Source: Vicugna vicugna (lineage: Eukaryota). From it: 64,000 nucleotides of DNA. Both the position numbers and the translations under genes were made by a program. Positions 13,126 to 26,818 of this stretch are shown here, in pieces (positions within the stretch are counted from its first letter, which is position 1; each line of letters begins with the position of its first letter). The notes below the pieces were generated by a model. That model did no database searches. It was not told where the DNA came from and was given only the letters and a program-made list of their open reading frames with translations. The stretch covers positions 2,120,335-2,184,334 of the forward strand of contig MU057521.1 of the NCBI GenBank assembly GCA_013265495.1, in the 5' to 3' direction.

Positions 13126-14982
13126 GATAAACTGGACCTCATTAAACTTAAAAACTTTTGGTCTATAAAAGAACCTGTTAAAAGGGCAAAAAGACAAGCT
13201 ACAGACTGGGAGAAATGACTATAACCACGTATTTGGGAAAGGACCAGTATTGAGAATATAGAAAGAACTCTCAAAATTCAACAGTTTAAAGACAATCGAA
13301 GTAGAAAATAAGTTAAATACATAAATAGACATTTCACCAAAGAGGATATACACATGACAAATACGCATATGAAAAGATGTTCAACATCACTAGCTATTAG
13401 GGAAATGCAAATTAAAACCACAGTGAGGTATCACTAAACATATAGCAGAATGGCTAAAATTAAACATAGTGACACTACCAAATGCTAGTGAGGATACAGA
13501 AAACTAGATCACTTACATATTGCTGTAATATAAAACGGTACAGCCACTCAGGGAAACATTTATTTTTTTACAAATCTAAATATGCAACTACCATATGAAT
13601 ATGCGCTCCTGGGCATTTATCTCAGAGAAATGAAGACTCAGCTCACACAAAAACTTGTACTCGAACATTCTAGATGTCCTTCGGAGGCTGCATGGTTAAA
13701 CTGTGGTATACCCACAGCAGGGAGTACTACTCAGTAACAAAAGGGAATGAGCTACTGATACATAAAACTTGGCTGAATCTAAAGGAATTATGCTAAGTGA
13801 AAAGAACCAATCCCAAAAGGGTACATACTGAATGATTCCATTCATATAACCTCAAAATGACAAAATCAGAGATGAACAGTTTAGTGCTGTCAGGAGACAG
13901 AGATGTAAGGGGAAGAGAAAGAGAAGTGACTGTGGTTATGAAAGGGCAACTAGGCGGATCCTTCTGGACAGAACTTTTCTGTATCACGATTGTGGTGAGA
14001 GATACAGGAATTAGCCCACGGGACTGAATTCTGACAGAAATAACCCACTGGACGTGCATGCGTACACCGCCCAGCCCATACACAGGGGTACAAGTAGACC
14101 TGGGCAAATCGGAGTAAGACAGAAGAACGCAATCAGCGTCAACACCCAGGTTGTGATACTGCCCTACAGTTTCACAACGTGCTCTCTCACTGGCGGGACA
14201 ACTGGGTGAAAGGCACACAAGATCTGTCTGTATTATTTCACACAACTGCAAGTGAACCTATGATTATCTCAAAATGAAGTTTTTATTAAAAAAAACTTTA
14301 ATATCTTAAAACATGTAGAAATAAAGTACAGCATGGTTTATTAACACATTCTACCTGGTTTAATTTAGGTAGTAAAACTATATTCAACAGAAAGAGCCAG
14401 TAGAAAAAAATAATCATGGATATGCTATATTAAAAATAAGTATATAATTAAGGTAAGAAATTACCTAAATAATCAGAAAACTAATCATATATTAAGAATA
14501 TTATATTTTGAAGCAGTTGCTTGTGAACTGCCTACAGATGGGATAAATGGCAAGAAAAAGCCTTCCATCTCAGGGGGAAGAAAAATAAATGGTGTATTTT
14601 AGAATTGATCAAATGTAGCAGTACATGTTCAAATAGCCTGAACTTAAAGCTAAATTTTCAAAAGTTTGACAAGCTCAGCAGGATATAAAGGGTGAAGTCA
14701 CAGCACGTGGTCAACTGGTGGTCTGGTGCACCTGGCCACATAAAATGCACCGGAAGGCTCAGCCGGCTAAGTCACGTAGCAGAAGTGAGTTCTTTCCTTT
14801 TCTAGCTGTAACTTCCTTCTCATATTATTCTGAATTGCTGTACCATTCACCTCTTCAGCCATGCATCCCCTTCAGTTGCAGTCAGCCCTCTTTTAGGAAC
14901 CAAAATGATATTTGTTGAAAGAAAACTCGTACAGTCAATATTTAACAATCTAGCTCCAGATATGGTACCCATGACTTTAAAG

Positions 14983-15149
14983 CAGCTTTTCTCTGACGAG
15001 GGACATGTATGTATTTGCACTGTCCAATACAGGAGCCACCAGCCATATATGACTTTTGAAAGTTTTGGCTAGTGTGACTGAAGACTGAGTTTTAAATTTT
15101 ATTTAAGTAAAATTTAAATTGCCACGTGTAGCTACCATATTGGACAGTA
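14983..15149. mobile_element. MER3-like hAT-Charlie element
   Basis: GCACTGTCCAATACAGGAGCCACCAGCC...GGCTAGTGTGACTGAAG...GCTACCATATTGGACAG. Confidence 0.7.
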
Positions 15150-15269
15150 CATGTTAAACCTTTAATCAAAGATGATAATTTCAGAGCATGCATCTGTTTT
15201 TCTCCTGCTGAATGCTCCACTTCACACTTGTTTCTGTTAGTATTTTTCATTTGAAATTAAATTACCTGT

Positions 15270-18200
15270 GTCTTGCATGATTTGGGAGTACCAATTACTC
15301 TTTCAGAATATAACCCTGACCATCTCCATCGCTACCATCCTAGCTCAATCCACTATCACATTCGGCAAACCTACCACCTTGCCTCCTCTAAGCGGTCAGC
15401 CTGCTTCCACACTCAACACACTGAAGTCCAAGCAGCATCAGTGAAAGGCACCCTCTGATGACCTCCCATTGCAAACAATAAATCTCAAATGCTGGGTCAT
15501 GACCTACCTACCTATTTGGACCCTGGCTCCACCTGGGACTTAACCTGAAGCCCCGAGTCTTCCTCTGCCTAGAACACTCTCCCCGTTCTTCCACAGATGG
15601 ATGCACGAGGGTCTCCTTTTAGACACAGTTCAAGTGCCAAGTCCTCAGAGAGGCCCCTGATCCTCTATTTCAAAGGCTGCACCCCATCCCTGCTTTGGGC
15701 TCCCCCCTCACTCCTGCACGTGTCCCATCTCTGACTATCACGACGTTCCCTTGTATATGCATTTATGGGCCATCTCCTAATATACAGGGAAGGCCCACAA
15801 GGACAGGACTTCATCTGGAGCGCTGCATTACCCCAGAGCCCAGCACAGTGCCTGGCATGCAATGGGTGCTCAGAAAAATTGTTGAACACATGAAAAACTC
15901 CACTATTGCTTTCTGAAAATCGTCTTCCTTCTTGTTAGTCACCTCTGTCATGTCTAACAACTCTCTCCACTGGACATTTCCATCAGCATACAGACAGCCC
16001 TCCTTTAGAAATCCTTCACACTAAAAACCCTTCAGCTTGGTTCTGTTTCTCTGCCACCTTCAGAGCCCATGTCCCACCATGGTGGCCACTACTCTTTCCC
16101 GTTCCTTTTCTTCTACTTACTCCTCAGCTGCCAATCTACGCTCTGCCCCTTTTCTTATCAATAAAGCTGCTCATATCAAGGTTCTCTGTGATGCCAGATC
16201 CAAAGGTCACCTCTGTCTTCATCCTAATCTTTCCTCAACATTCTACAAAAAGCCTCACTCCCATCTGGAACACTGCTCTCTGTTGAGCCCCCAAGCACCA
16301 CTTCCCAGGTTTTCTTCTCCTCTCTCCCAAGCTCCTGCTCAGTCTCCTTTGCTGGGTCCTCCTCTTGTACCTGACACTGAAATAACTGGGTTCCTCAGGG
16401 TCTGGGTGGGAGCTTCTTTCTGTTTACTCCCTCCCTGTGTGAGCTGTTTTCAATGATTTAAGCTGATTATCTTCAAGCTGATGACTCTCAAATGTGTTCA
16501 ATTTTAAAACACATCACTCTTCTGCTTAAAATCCTTCCAGTGGCTTATTTCTGTACATGTGGGTTTTGTTTGCTCTGGCCTGTCCTCTCCCATTAGAATA
16601 CTAGCTCCATGAGCACAGGAGTCATGTCTCTTGTACTGGCTTTTTTACACTCTGGAGTCAAGCACAGGACCCGGCACGAGACTGACTGAGTCTATTACCC
16701 CAGGACCAGTCAGGATCCGGTCATCAACATGGAAGTACAAAAATACAAAGGCTGGTAACATCTGGGACTGAACTTTTCAGATTAGGAGACCATGACATGC
16801 CCACACTAGACAATCCCAAGAAACTGGGTAAATTCCAGAACCATCTATTTCGGGAGGAAAGATGTCCCAGCCCCTGTCTTTCAAGGCTAATCCTTTCCCC
16901 TGTGCTCTGGGGCCCATCCCCACCTTCCTCCTCTGACATTTATCCCCTCAACTATATCTACTCAGCTGTTCTCCCCAACCTAACCTCTCCCTTCCCAAGG
17001 GAAGCATTATTTAGCATAAAACTATATGCGAGTCCTAACTGAGTCATAGCTCAACACACAAATGGAAACACACCAGTCCTCCCCAGTTCCAAGGTTCCCC
17101 TCTAGCTACCATCTCACACCTCTTCACGTCCATAGCAAAGTCCCAAAGAGAACCCCAAGTTCATCTCGGTTTCTTGACTCCTCCTACGGCAATGCTTGCT
17201 GCTCCGTGACCATCAGATCTCTCATTTGTCTAGTTATAGGTAACGAGGTAAGCACTTAGCCCTCATAAGACACCTGACACAGCCTCCTCTGGTCATGAAA
17301 GCACCATCCTCTCCAGGTTTTACTCTTGGCTGTGGCACAATTCTTTTTCAGGCTCCCTTTTCTCTCCCCTTAAAGGCTGATTTTCACTGGCTTTGAACCT
17401 TGGTCCTTGTTTTTTCCTCATTCTATAAACTCTCCAAGATGCCTTTAACCTCTGCTACCACCTGCATGCTGCTAACTCCTAAATCCTTATTCCCAGCCCA
17501 GCCTCTCTAAGTTCTACATATATGTAGCCAATGGATATTGGACTGCTCAATGGACATTTCCACTTGATTGTCCCCACCGATATTTCAAATCCAAGAAGCT
17601 CAAAACCACCCTAGCCCCTCAAATGCCCCCTCTTCTTGTAATCCCCAAACCAATTCCTATCCACTCGGATATCCAATCCACGAAATCTGGGAGAAAACCC
17701 AGGCTCCTCCGCCTCCCTCACTTTCTAAGTGCAAATCCAAGCCTGACTATTCTTCCTCTTCAATTTGTCCCTGATCAATCCTGTCTTCTCTATTCTAATA
17801 GGTACTGGACTATTTTGGCTCTTACCATCTCCCACCACACAGAACTCTGCCTCCTAACTGGCCTCCCTGCATCCAGGCTTGCTATCTGTCAAGCTGTCTC
17901 CTGTACACGTACAACAGTTTCATTCTAAAACAAAAATCTGAGTATACTGTCTTTCCTGACTCTCCATCCACAGCAGGATGGGGACCAATCACCTCTGTGC
18001 AGCACACATGGTTCTGTGATGTGGCCTAACTAGGCTCGACCTCCCACCTGGCACACTCTCTTCCCATCACATCAAACTACTGCGAAAACACAGCTGGCTC
18101 AGACATCGTACCCTTGTGTATAGTGTGTTCTCCACCTGGAATATGCTATGCCACTTCTCCCTATAAAACTCCAGCTTCTCCAAAACTCAGCCCAGTCATC

Positions 18201-18450
18201 ATGGCCCTCCTGCTGCAAAGCCCTCTCCAGCACCCCTAGACGGCCTAGCCTATGCTTCCTCAGAATTTCCACTGCCTCTTGTACATTTGTCCAAAGGTCA
18301 CACAGTATCCTAGTAGTCACTTTGTATGTCTGTTTTCACATCAGAATATAAGTGCCTGGAAGTCAAGGATGATATATTTCTCTTCTAACTCCCCAACACG
18401 AAGCAAAATGCAAGGCATGGTAGACACTAAAAATACTCAGGACTGAGTAA
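15270..18450. mobile_element. Degraded L2 fragments in VPS4B intron 1
   Basis: Pyrimidine-rich L2-like motifs such as CCCAGCACAGTGCCTGGCATGCAATGGGTGCTCAG and CCTCCTAACTGGCCTCCCTGC. Boundaries approximate. Confidence 0.55.
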
Positions 18451-18594
18451 ACTTTTGAGTTCTATGCACACTGCATTAGCTGCAATTTCTCCCAACCCTC
18501 TCCAAGGTTTATTACACTTTTAGACTGAAGCATATGTTGTTTTTCTCTGCCTGGAATGCACTCCAATTTCTTGTCCAAAAAGGCATAACTTTAT

Positions 18595-18790
18595 AGTGAA
18601 AAAAGCACAAACTTATAAGCAGATAGATCTAAACTCAAAAACATCTTCAGTACTAATTAATTGTATGTCTTTGGGCAAATCATAACTTTAAAAAGCTTTG
18701 GTTTCTTATACTGTGAAATCAGAATAATATTCATCTTGAAGAGTTGTTCTGAGGACTAAATGAGATCACAGCAAACGCCAGGCAGACAAT
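18595..18790 (+). mobile_element. MIR SINE
   Basis: TGTCTTTGGGCAAATCATAAC...GTTTCTTATACTGTGAAATCAGAATAATA...GTTGTTCTGAGGACTAAATGAGAT matches the MIR core. Confidence 0.65.
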
Positions 18791-19344
18791 TAGTGTCAGT
18801 ACCTTTCACTTTATCTGAGCTCACATCACCTTCTCTATGGAACATTTCTCCTTTATCCTTGAAGAGTTACACAACCCCTTCCTTCTGCCCTCCTATACTA
18901 ACCTTAATTCTATCATAGCATTATTGCATTATTTTATTTTGATTTTTAGTTATCTGCATTTCTCCATTTGATTATAAGCATCTGGCTATGGAGATTTTTG
19001 CCTTGTTTGGTGAGGAAGTTATTCGTTATTGAATATTCTTCATCCAAATCCTACATTAGAAGGTTGAAAAAGTTGATGAGAAAGCGCACCTGTGACCTCA
19101 ACCATTGATAAAATTGTAATTCAACGTCTCTCCCTGTTTAACACTAGCAACTATGCCTTAATATGGGTCAATCTTTAGCTGATTCACTGAAGAACAACCA
19201 ATAATCCCCTTCAAATATGATGTAAACTGATTATAGAATGAAACTGCAAATCCTGCAAAAGAAAAAAGCTAAGCAAATAGATAAAAGTTACATTGTAGAA
19301 TGCACAAACCACATGAAAAGTCTTGAAAAATTAAAAGATGGTGG

Positions 19345-19527
19345 ACTATGTATAAAATAGATGAGCAGCAAGGGTACACTGTATAGCACTGGGTATTAAA
19401 GCCATTAACTTGTAATAACTTTTAATGGAGTACGGCCTGTAAAATACTTACTCACTATGCTGTATACCTAAAGCTAATATAATAATGTAAATCAACTACA
19501 TGTCAATAAAAAATTTTTTTTAAAAAA
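19345..19527 (+). mobile_element. L1 3' end fragment
   Basis: TATGTATAAAATAGATGAGCAGCAAGGGTACACTGTATAGCAC...GTAAATCAACTACATGTCAATAAAAA. Confidence 0.75.
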
Positions 19528-20269
19528 ATGGTGGAACAAAACCATGCAGTTAGCTGACAAACCAACAAGGATGAAGACAAGATGGGCACTTCAAAAGAAG
19601 TTACCTTTGATACTCAAAGGTACAATACTGTTCAACAGTAAGGCCAAGACAAGAATTCAATACAGGTATTCATGCTACTCTTCTGTTCCAAACTTACCTA
19701 GTGGACCAGAGCCCTCCAGGTTAAGTCACATTCTAAACCCCACTGAAGCCTCAGATCTATTCTAGAAATGGGAGACTGTTTCAAAAATTTCTCATCTCAA
19801 TAAATTCCATTCCAAAGACCGAAGAATTAAGTCTAAAATCTTAAGATTACATGATTATGTACAAAACACTGTGCTCACTGCAATAAGGCGTGGGAAGGCG
19901 TTGTCAAAAAAGAGCTTAAGAGTTCCCCTTGATCTTAACATACTTTGGGAGCCGTAATAGACTGCACATCAACGCACAGCTCAAAGAATTCACGGATTCC
20001 TCAGATTTGAAGACTGTCTCAAGTTTCTATCCACCTGACAGCTCGAAAAGGGCTTTGCTATACCAACTTGAGAAACTAGGAGCGAACTCGGACCACTCTA
20101 TTTTCAACTGGTTCAGAGCAGTGCTCTGGATACATTACGTTCTTTCCTTTCTCCCTTACACTGTTTGGAGCGTCCGCTGCCTCTCGTTCAAAGCTCTGCC
20201 CAGTTCAGTTCAAACTCGGCTGGCATAAAATGGAAAAAACAAAATTAAAAGTCTCAACAAAAGTCAAGA

Positions 20270-21200
20270 GTCTCACAAAGCCAGTGGGCTTGGTAGACCC
20301 CGGAAGTGGGCGGAAAGCGTCCGACTCTCCCACCTGCCTCTGGGCAAGGTCGCCGCCCTCTTCTGCCCGGCACAAGGGGCGCGGCCGCTTCCTCCCTCCT
20401 CCCCCGCTCCTCTACCCCACCCCCGGCCCGAGCCTCCCCTCGCTCTAGCTCTCCAGGGGGCGGGAGAGTGGTGATACCTGGAGGTTGTTGGAAGTGGATG
20501 CCATGGCGGAGATTCGAGGCGGTTCCTGGAGGAGGAACGGGGGCAGAGAAAGCCAACAGCACCACTGTCGATTCCGCCCGCAGGTGCCCCAAACGTGAGC
20601 AGGCTGGTGCCTCTCAGACCCCAAGTGGCGGCGTCCCTTCCAGAACTTGTTCCAAAACAACACTGCGCTCCAAGAACCGCCCGACCCTCCTCACGAAACT
20701 TCCGCAATCCCGAGCCCCTCGGGGCTCTGGTCCCGCCTCTGGCCTCACAACTTCCGCTTTCGTCATCAGCACGCGCACCACCCAGTCGGGAAGGCATCCT
20801 AGTCTCGCGTTAGCTTGGAGCCTCGCGAGGCCTGGAGAGGGGTCCCGAGGCCTGGCGGAAGTCAGCCTGTGCGCAGGCGCACTGCGGCTCCAGCATGGGA
20901 GCAAGGGGACCGCCTGGAGCCGGAAACGGTTTGTTTTGCCCCGTTTTTGGGGTGTCTTGTATTTTGAGATGAGTTATTGGTTCAGGTTCCTTTTACTCGA
21001 CGTCGTGGAGAGTGCTCTGTCGCTCTGTGGCTTTTGTGTGAAAACTGTTACCCCGTCTCCCAGACCCAGTGTTTGGGAACTTAGGGCCCGTTACCATTTC
21101 CTCCTCTGAGAAGTGGGTAGTTAAGAGTACCGACCTCAGAGTTGTGGAGGACGCTAGTGCGGCGCGACTGGGCGCATAGCACGGTGATGGGAGAACAGGA
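20270..21200. promoter_or_regulatory. VPS4B: CpG-island promoter of VPS4B
   Basis: Abrupt GC/CpG enrichment around exon 1. NRF1-type TGCGCAGGCGCA at 20870-20881, several ETS/GABPA-type CGGAAG cores (about 20301, 20699, 20751, 20856), palindrome CCTCGCGAGG at 20821-20830. No TATA box seen. Confidence 0.9.
20478..20504 (-). CDS. VPS4B: VPS4B coding part of exon 1 (start codon)
   Basis: GCC-ATG-G Kozak context, MASTSNNLQ, then GTATCA donor from 20477. Joins in frame to KAIDLASK of exon 2. Confidence 0.95.
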
Positions 21201-22544
21201 AGGTCTCAGTACGTGTTAGCGATTCTTACTGCTCACGCTTAACACTTCATCCAGCAAGCATGTTTCCAGTGGTTATTGTCTTGGCTCTACGAGGCCCCGA
21301 GAATATTAAAAAAAATTATGTATGGTCGCTGCCGTTGAGGAGCTTGGCAGTAGTCTAGTGGGGATGCAGACTCCCGAACACAAGTCTTGTGAAACTTTTA
21401 GGCCAGGTATTATTTATTCCAGTTATAGTTACAAGGAAGGTTAATAGCTTGAGAGGTTTAGTGCTTTATGTGAGACCACGGAAATCAGGGCTTTGTAGCA
21501 GAACTGAGATAAGACCTGTTTGCAGCCACAGTACTCTTTTTCTTCCTTCCTTTCATAGTTCAGCTTCTCAAAGGAAAGTGAAATAGGTGGTTAATCACTC
21601 TACCATTTTATTTCCTGCTCACTCCCTAATTCTCCTAAATAATTAAAGTGCTTCCTCCTCCTTCTTATTTGGTATTGTCAACTACCCAGCTCTTGAAATC
21701 TCTTCTGTGTGGTGTCCTAATGTCCTTCTGTCCTCCTCACTTCCTCAGCTTCTTACTCTTAACGGCAGAATATCCTCAAGAGCATCCTCTTTTTTCTCAC
21801 TACTCAATCTCTGCTAATGTTACTCCCTTTCTGGGCTTCAGATAGCAATATGATAGGAATGGCTTCAAATTTAAACGACTCAGCCCACCCTGCCTTCTGC
21901 CCAGCATTTATAGCTACCTCTCAGAGAACTCCAAAAACCATAGGGTTTCCCCAGAAGACAAATTCAACACATTAGAAGTCAGATTAATTATCTTATACCC
22001 CAAACTTAACTTCTCTGGTTTTTCCTTCTCAGAATATCACGAAGTCTCCATCATCCAGGTTCAAAGCTAAAGCCCTCTCTGCCTGCACCTATCAATGCTC
22101 CTCCTGGCCCCTTCATGTCCCCTTCCAGTTACTGATGAAATTCTGTAGGGACTCCAGCCCTTAGAATGTCAGCACATAAAAGACACTTAATAAATATTAA
22201 GCTGTACAACTGAGCTGTTTAAAATAACTCGCTCGTTCCTTAAGGTCTTTAATTTTGCCTGAAGGTATAACCAGACTCCAATTTACCTTTCAATTCAATC
22301 CCTAAATTTTACTGAACACCCACTAAACACAAGTCTACTAGGCATTAAGAAACTATGAGGATGACTAAGATATGGTCTTTGTCATTTAGGATTTTACAGT
22401 TTAGTGGAAGGCACAGACATGTAATAATGAAAAGAGAATTCACTGAGATATTTGAGTACTACAATTGGGTATCACAAAGTGCCAGGCTGTTTTGGAAGCA
22501 GGATATAAACCAAACAGTCAAAAATCCCTCTTTTATCACCAAAA

Positions 22545-23000
22545 CGGTAGTAAGTCGTGTTGATATCATGTACCCTCTAATGTGCAACGAGAAAAGTATC
22601 ACCTGTGGTATTCTTAAAAGTCCCAAACCTGTGTCATCATGAGAGAAAAACTGTAAAAACACAAATTGAGTTGTTTTTTAAACTATGAAATGCCTAATAT
22701 CAAAGTCATGAAAGACAAGGAGAGACTGAAAAACTTGTCACTGATTGCAGGAGACTCAGGGACTGACACGTAAATGCAATATGTTCTGGACTGGATCCTG
22801 GAACAGAAAAAGACAGTGGAAAAACTGATCCCAAAATCCAAATAAAGTCCGTATTTTAGCTAGTATTGTTATACTGATGACAATTTCTTAGTTTTGTTAA
22901 ATATATAGTGGTTATTTAAGGTGTTAGCAGTAGGGGATGTTGGGTGAAGAGTATATGCAAATTATTTATGTATCTTTGCAACTGCATCTTTAAATCTTAA
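22545..23000 (+). mobile_element. Old L1 (L1MC4-type) 3' fragment
   Basis: TGGACTGGATCCTGGAACAGAAAAAGACAGTGGAAAAACTG...TGTATCTTTGCAACTGCATCTTTAAATCT. Confidence 0.65.
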
Positions 23001-23369
23001 AACTGATTTTGACAGTGGCCAGGCTATTTCAGGCAGGAAAAAAAAAAGCATGAATAAAGGCACAGAAGTGTAAAATATATGACGTATTTGAGGGCTGGCT
23101 GGGATGTAGAAAGCAGGGGGAGCCGCAGGGAAGGAGTGACTGGAGGGAAAGCTAAAAATGCACCAGCTGGCACTGCCAGGTGCTCCAGCTTTGAAGATAA
23201 GGAGTTTGGACTTTGTTCTGTAAGGATTCACTGAAAGGTTTTCTCCTCCCTCTTTCTCTCTCTCCCTCCCTGTTTCCCTCCTTCCCTCCTTCTTTCCCTC
23301 TTTCCCTCCCTTCCTAATTTTGTTCCTTTTAGAAGAAAGAAGCTAGTGGAGTCTTGATTTGGTCGGATA

Positions 23370-23799
23370 CATGTTTCCCCTGCTCTCCAAAAGCAGCGTG
23401 TTCATACGTGAAACCATTCCTACATGAAACCTTTCATATTTCATAAGCTGAAATGGCCTAAAGCAAAAAAAAATCTTGCTAACAGATGCACGAAATAAAT
23501 CAAGATAAAGCACAGATGCTCACAGACACAGTTCAAAGCTATAGCAACTTGATGCTGAGATGCTGAATGTAGTTCTGGGGAAAGAGCTTGGCGGTGCCAC
23601 TGCCCATGGTGGTACCCGGGGTGTGCTCCCTCTGTAATTCACTGCAAAACAAGCACTGTATGCTATTTTTTTCTGCATTTTCTTATAAAAGCAAAAGCCC
23701 TTTACAAATTTCTTTCAGTTAGCGAAAATGGGTCCTAACACAGGTCTTTCATAAAAGTGAAGTGGCACAAAGCAAATTTTCAAAATGCAGGGAGTCCTG
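23370..23799. mobile_element. Tc1/mariner Tigger-type non-autonomous DNA transposon
   Basis: Imperfect terminal repeats (CATGTTTCCCCTGC / GCAGGGAGTCCTG) and internal GTCTTTCATAAAAGTGAAGTGGC resembling Tigger-derived MERs. Confidence 0.55.
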
Positions 23800-25293
23800 T
23801 GTTGGTTTTATGGAGATGGATCTCACAGTTGGTTTTATAGGAGGGACAGGGGAGACAGGAGGCAGGAATGTCAGGCAGGAAGCTACTGCAACAGTCTTAA
23901 CGTTTTAGAAAACAAGGTCTTCAGAGATGAACAGCATATTCCCCACTTCTGAAGCACAGCCCCAATTTGGACTTTGATTAATACATCCTCTCTCCCTCAG
24001 TTGTGTTCACCAATTCAGCCTGCTAAAAGCGTACCTATTCTTCAAGTACCAGTTCGAGTATCACTTGCTGAAGACAGCTTTGAAACCTCCTTGAACTCTC
24101 ATCGCACTTTGGGACCTTGAATTGTCCTGAGACAATGCATGCTAATTGTCTAATACAGTGCCTGGCGCATAACAGATACACAAAAAATTGTTAGCCTCAC
24201 CTGCATAGTGTTACTCCTTTCTAGGCTGTAGAGTCACCAGGGCTAAATCTTCATTTTATTCATTTTTCTAACGCCTCCCCCCTCTCCCACGGATACACAC
24301 AGAGTATGTGCTTAAATAGCCAAGGTTTGTTGAACAAAATGAAGTCTCCTTGTGAATGATCAAGGGCTTTGGAGATTAGGGAGCTTGGTCAGCTGGCAGG
24401 TGGCATCTGTGACTCATCCTTCAGCAAGGTCTCACATCCAGCCCATCCAGGACCAAACCCATCTCCCTCACCTTACAAGAAACACATAATACTAAAGTCG
24501 TCACAGCATGAGTAGGGCAGCCACTCATTATCCACCCAGGAGTCAGGTCTCTGCTCGAGTGACTCACCAGATCCCTCCCTGACCTGGGACACAGCTATAA
24601 GGAAGGCCAAGCACTGACAAGGCTGGTCATGTGAAGGAAGTGATTCATCCAGGTTCTCAGGCAGGAAACCTTTTCTCCATATCAGGCAGCACACCTTTCT
24701 GGAACCAACCCAGCAACGTCAGTCAGCCCTGGAAGGGCGGGCGTGTCCGCTGAAGCAGCCTCCTTGTGGATTATCTAAGGTGATTATGTTCGAAGGCATC
24801 AGCTCAGAGGAGAAAAGATGAGGTGCCTGCCCTCGGAAGGTTACATGCCAACGCCATCATCCCCCAGACTGCGGATAGTTCAAATACAGAAATGTTCATG
24901 TACACAGAGAATACATTGCAAACACCTTTCCCCACGCCTGTGCGACACAAGCCTTTCCTGGACATTTTCTCCAAGAATGTCTCCTTTGCTCTGGTGTTGG
25001 AGTCAGGATTCAAGTGATTTTGCCTGATAATGTTCTACTTGTTGAAGGAAGGTGGAAAATATTTGATCTCTTCTCAAAACTCCCTCTTCCCTCTCAGAGA
25101 GTATCAGGTATGAGCTATCTTTCAGTTTTCTTCCTCTTTCAAAGCCCTCAGCTCAGTTAATTCCAATTAATTGATCTTTGCCAATAGGATAGGAAACATG
25201 GCATTTTATAGTCTTATTAGATATTCTCTCTGACATATTTACAGATACAATGACTTGCTTCATAATAATGCAGTGTAGGGGTGGGTAGGTTGA

Positions 25294-25294
<1 letters not shown>

Positions 25295-25324
<30 letters not shown>

Positions 25325-25331
25325 TGTGTGT
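25295..25331. repeat. (TG)n microsatellite
   Basis: Direct TG repeat with one interruption. Confidence 0.95.
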
Positions 25332-26669
25332 GATAAATGAAACAAGAATGGCCTTGAATTGATGGCTTGTTGACCACTGCAACTGGGAATGGGTGCAGGG
25401 TGTGGGGGATGTTGACTGAACCAATCTCTCTACTTTTCTGTATGTTTAAAATTCTCCATGATAAGAAATTTTTTTAACAAATTGCATTTCATATTTGTGT
25501 TGAACTCCTGTTCACATTCTTTGTCCAACTTTCTATTGTATGTTCATTTTTCATCTTTCTTTTATTGATTTACTAAAATCTTTTGTGTATTAAGGAAGTT
25601 CATCTTTTGTTATATGTGTTGCAAATATTTTCCCATTTTCTTTCAGTTAGTACCTTTTTAGGTTTGAGAAATTAAGTTTCAACGTAGTCACATTTATCAT
25701 TCTTTTCTTTCATTTTTTTTGTTATGTTTACAAAGACCTGATACTAGGTTATCTAAAACAGCAGTACACCTGCCTGCTCTTCAGCTACTTTCAGTGTTTC
25801 ATTGCTTCATTTAAATCTTTGCCCTCTCTGGAATTTATTTTGGTGTAATGATTAAGCTCAGGATCTAGCTTTGTTGTTTTACTTTTATTATTGTGAATGG
25901 GTGGTCAGTTGTCCAGGTATTATTTATTTAACACCCATCTTTTCTCCACTCATTTGAATGGCTACCTTTGTTGTATACCAGTTTCTCACATGGATTTATT
26001 TGTCTGAAATCTTGATTTTTTAATAAAGTATTCCTTTTCATCACCTTTCCTTATGCCAGCAAAAGATTTCTTTTATGACAGTAGCTTTATAATACAGTAT
26101 CTTGTGGAACTGCCTGACTTACTCTAAGCAGAACAGAAAACTAGCTAACGGCTCAGGCACGGACGCTAGGATGCTTGGTTCAGACCTTGGCTCCCATGTG
26201 TATCAGGCAGTTACTTAGTCTCTAAGCTGCTATTTCTGCATCTATGAAACGGGGCTAGTAACACTACCTGTCTAATGGGGGAATTAAACAGAATTGGGCT
26301 TGGAACCTACCAAATGTTAACTAACCATAATTTTCTGTATAGTTAATATTTTCTCATATTTACTTTTCTGTGTTAACTTTAGCATTGTTTTCTCAAGGCC
26401 CACCTAAAAAGCTTATTGATTTTGTAACTGAATAGATAGATTAGGACAGATGAATATCTTTAAACTATTGAATTTCCCTCTGATATCAAAAACAGATAAT
26501 GTCTTTTTTTTTAAGTCTTCTTGTATGCTTCTAGGTAGAGTTTCATTTTTTTCTTCATCTAGTTGTTGAAAAGCTCCTTTAGGCCTATTTCTAGGTATTT
26601 TATTGTGTTATTGTTGCTATCATAAGTAGTATATTTCCTTCTCATATTTTCTCACTAGTTACGGTTTTT

Positions 26670-26818
26670 CTAAAATTTTTATTTATTTATTCTTGTGGGA
26701 GAGGTAATTAGGATATTAATTAATTAATTTGTACAAATGGTGGTACTGGGGATTGAATCCAGGACCTTGTGCATGCTAAGCATGTGCTCTACCACCAAGC
26801 TGTGCCCTCCTCCACCCC
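26670..26818 (-). mobile_element. tRNA-derived camelid SINE (vic-1-like)
   Basis: Reverse complement carries A/B boxes (GGTGGTAGAGCACATGC...GGATTCAATCCCCAGTACC) and the CCTAATTACCTC tail. Confidence 0.85.

Larger units (their letters stand above)
11051..14295 (+). mobile_element. Old L1 (L1MB/L1MC-type) 3' region split by a younger L1 insertion (about 11420-13125)
   Basis: ORF2-like 3' sequence at 11051-11360 resumes at about 13126 (GATAAACTGGACCTCATTAAACTT) and ends in an L1MC-type 3' UTR and A tail near 14290. Confidence 0.75.

Noticed and set aside
20306..21109. 267-aa plus-strand ORF and other overlapping ORFs at the VPS4B promoter
   Set aside because: GTG start, low-complexity Pro/Arg/Gly/Ser content and no recognisable domain. 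Long ORFs are expected in stop-poor CpG islands.
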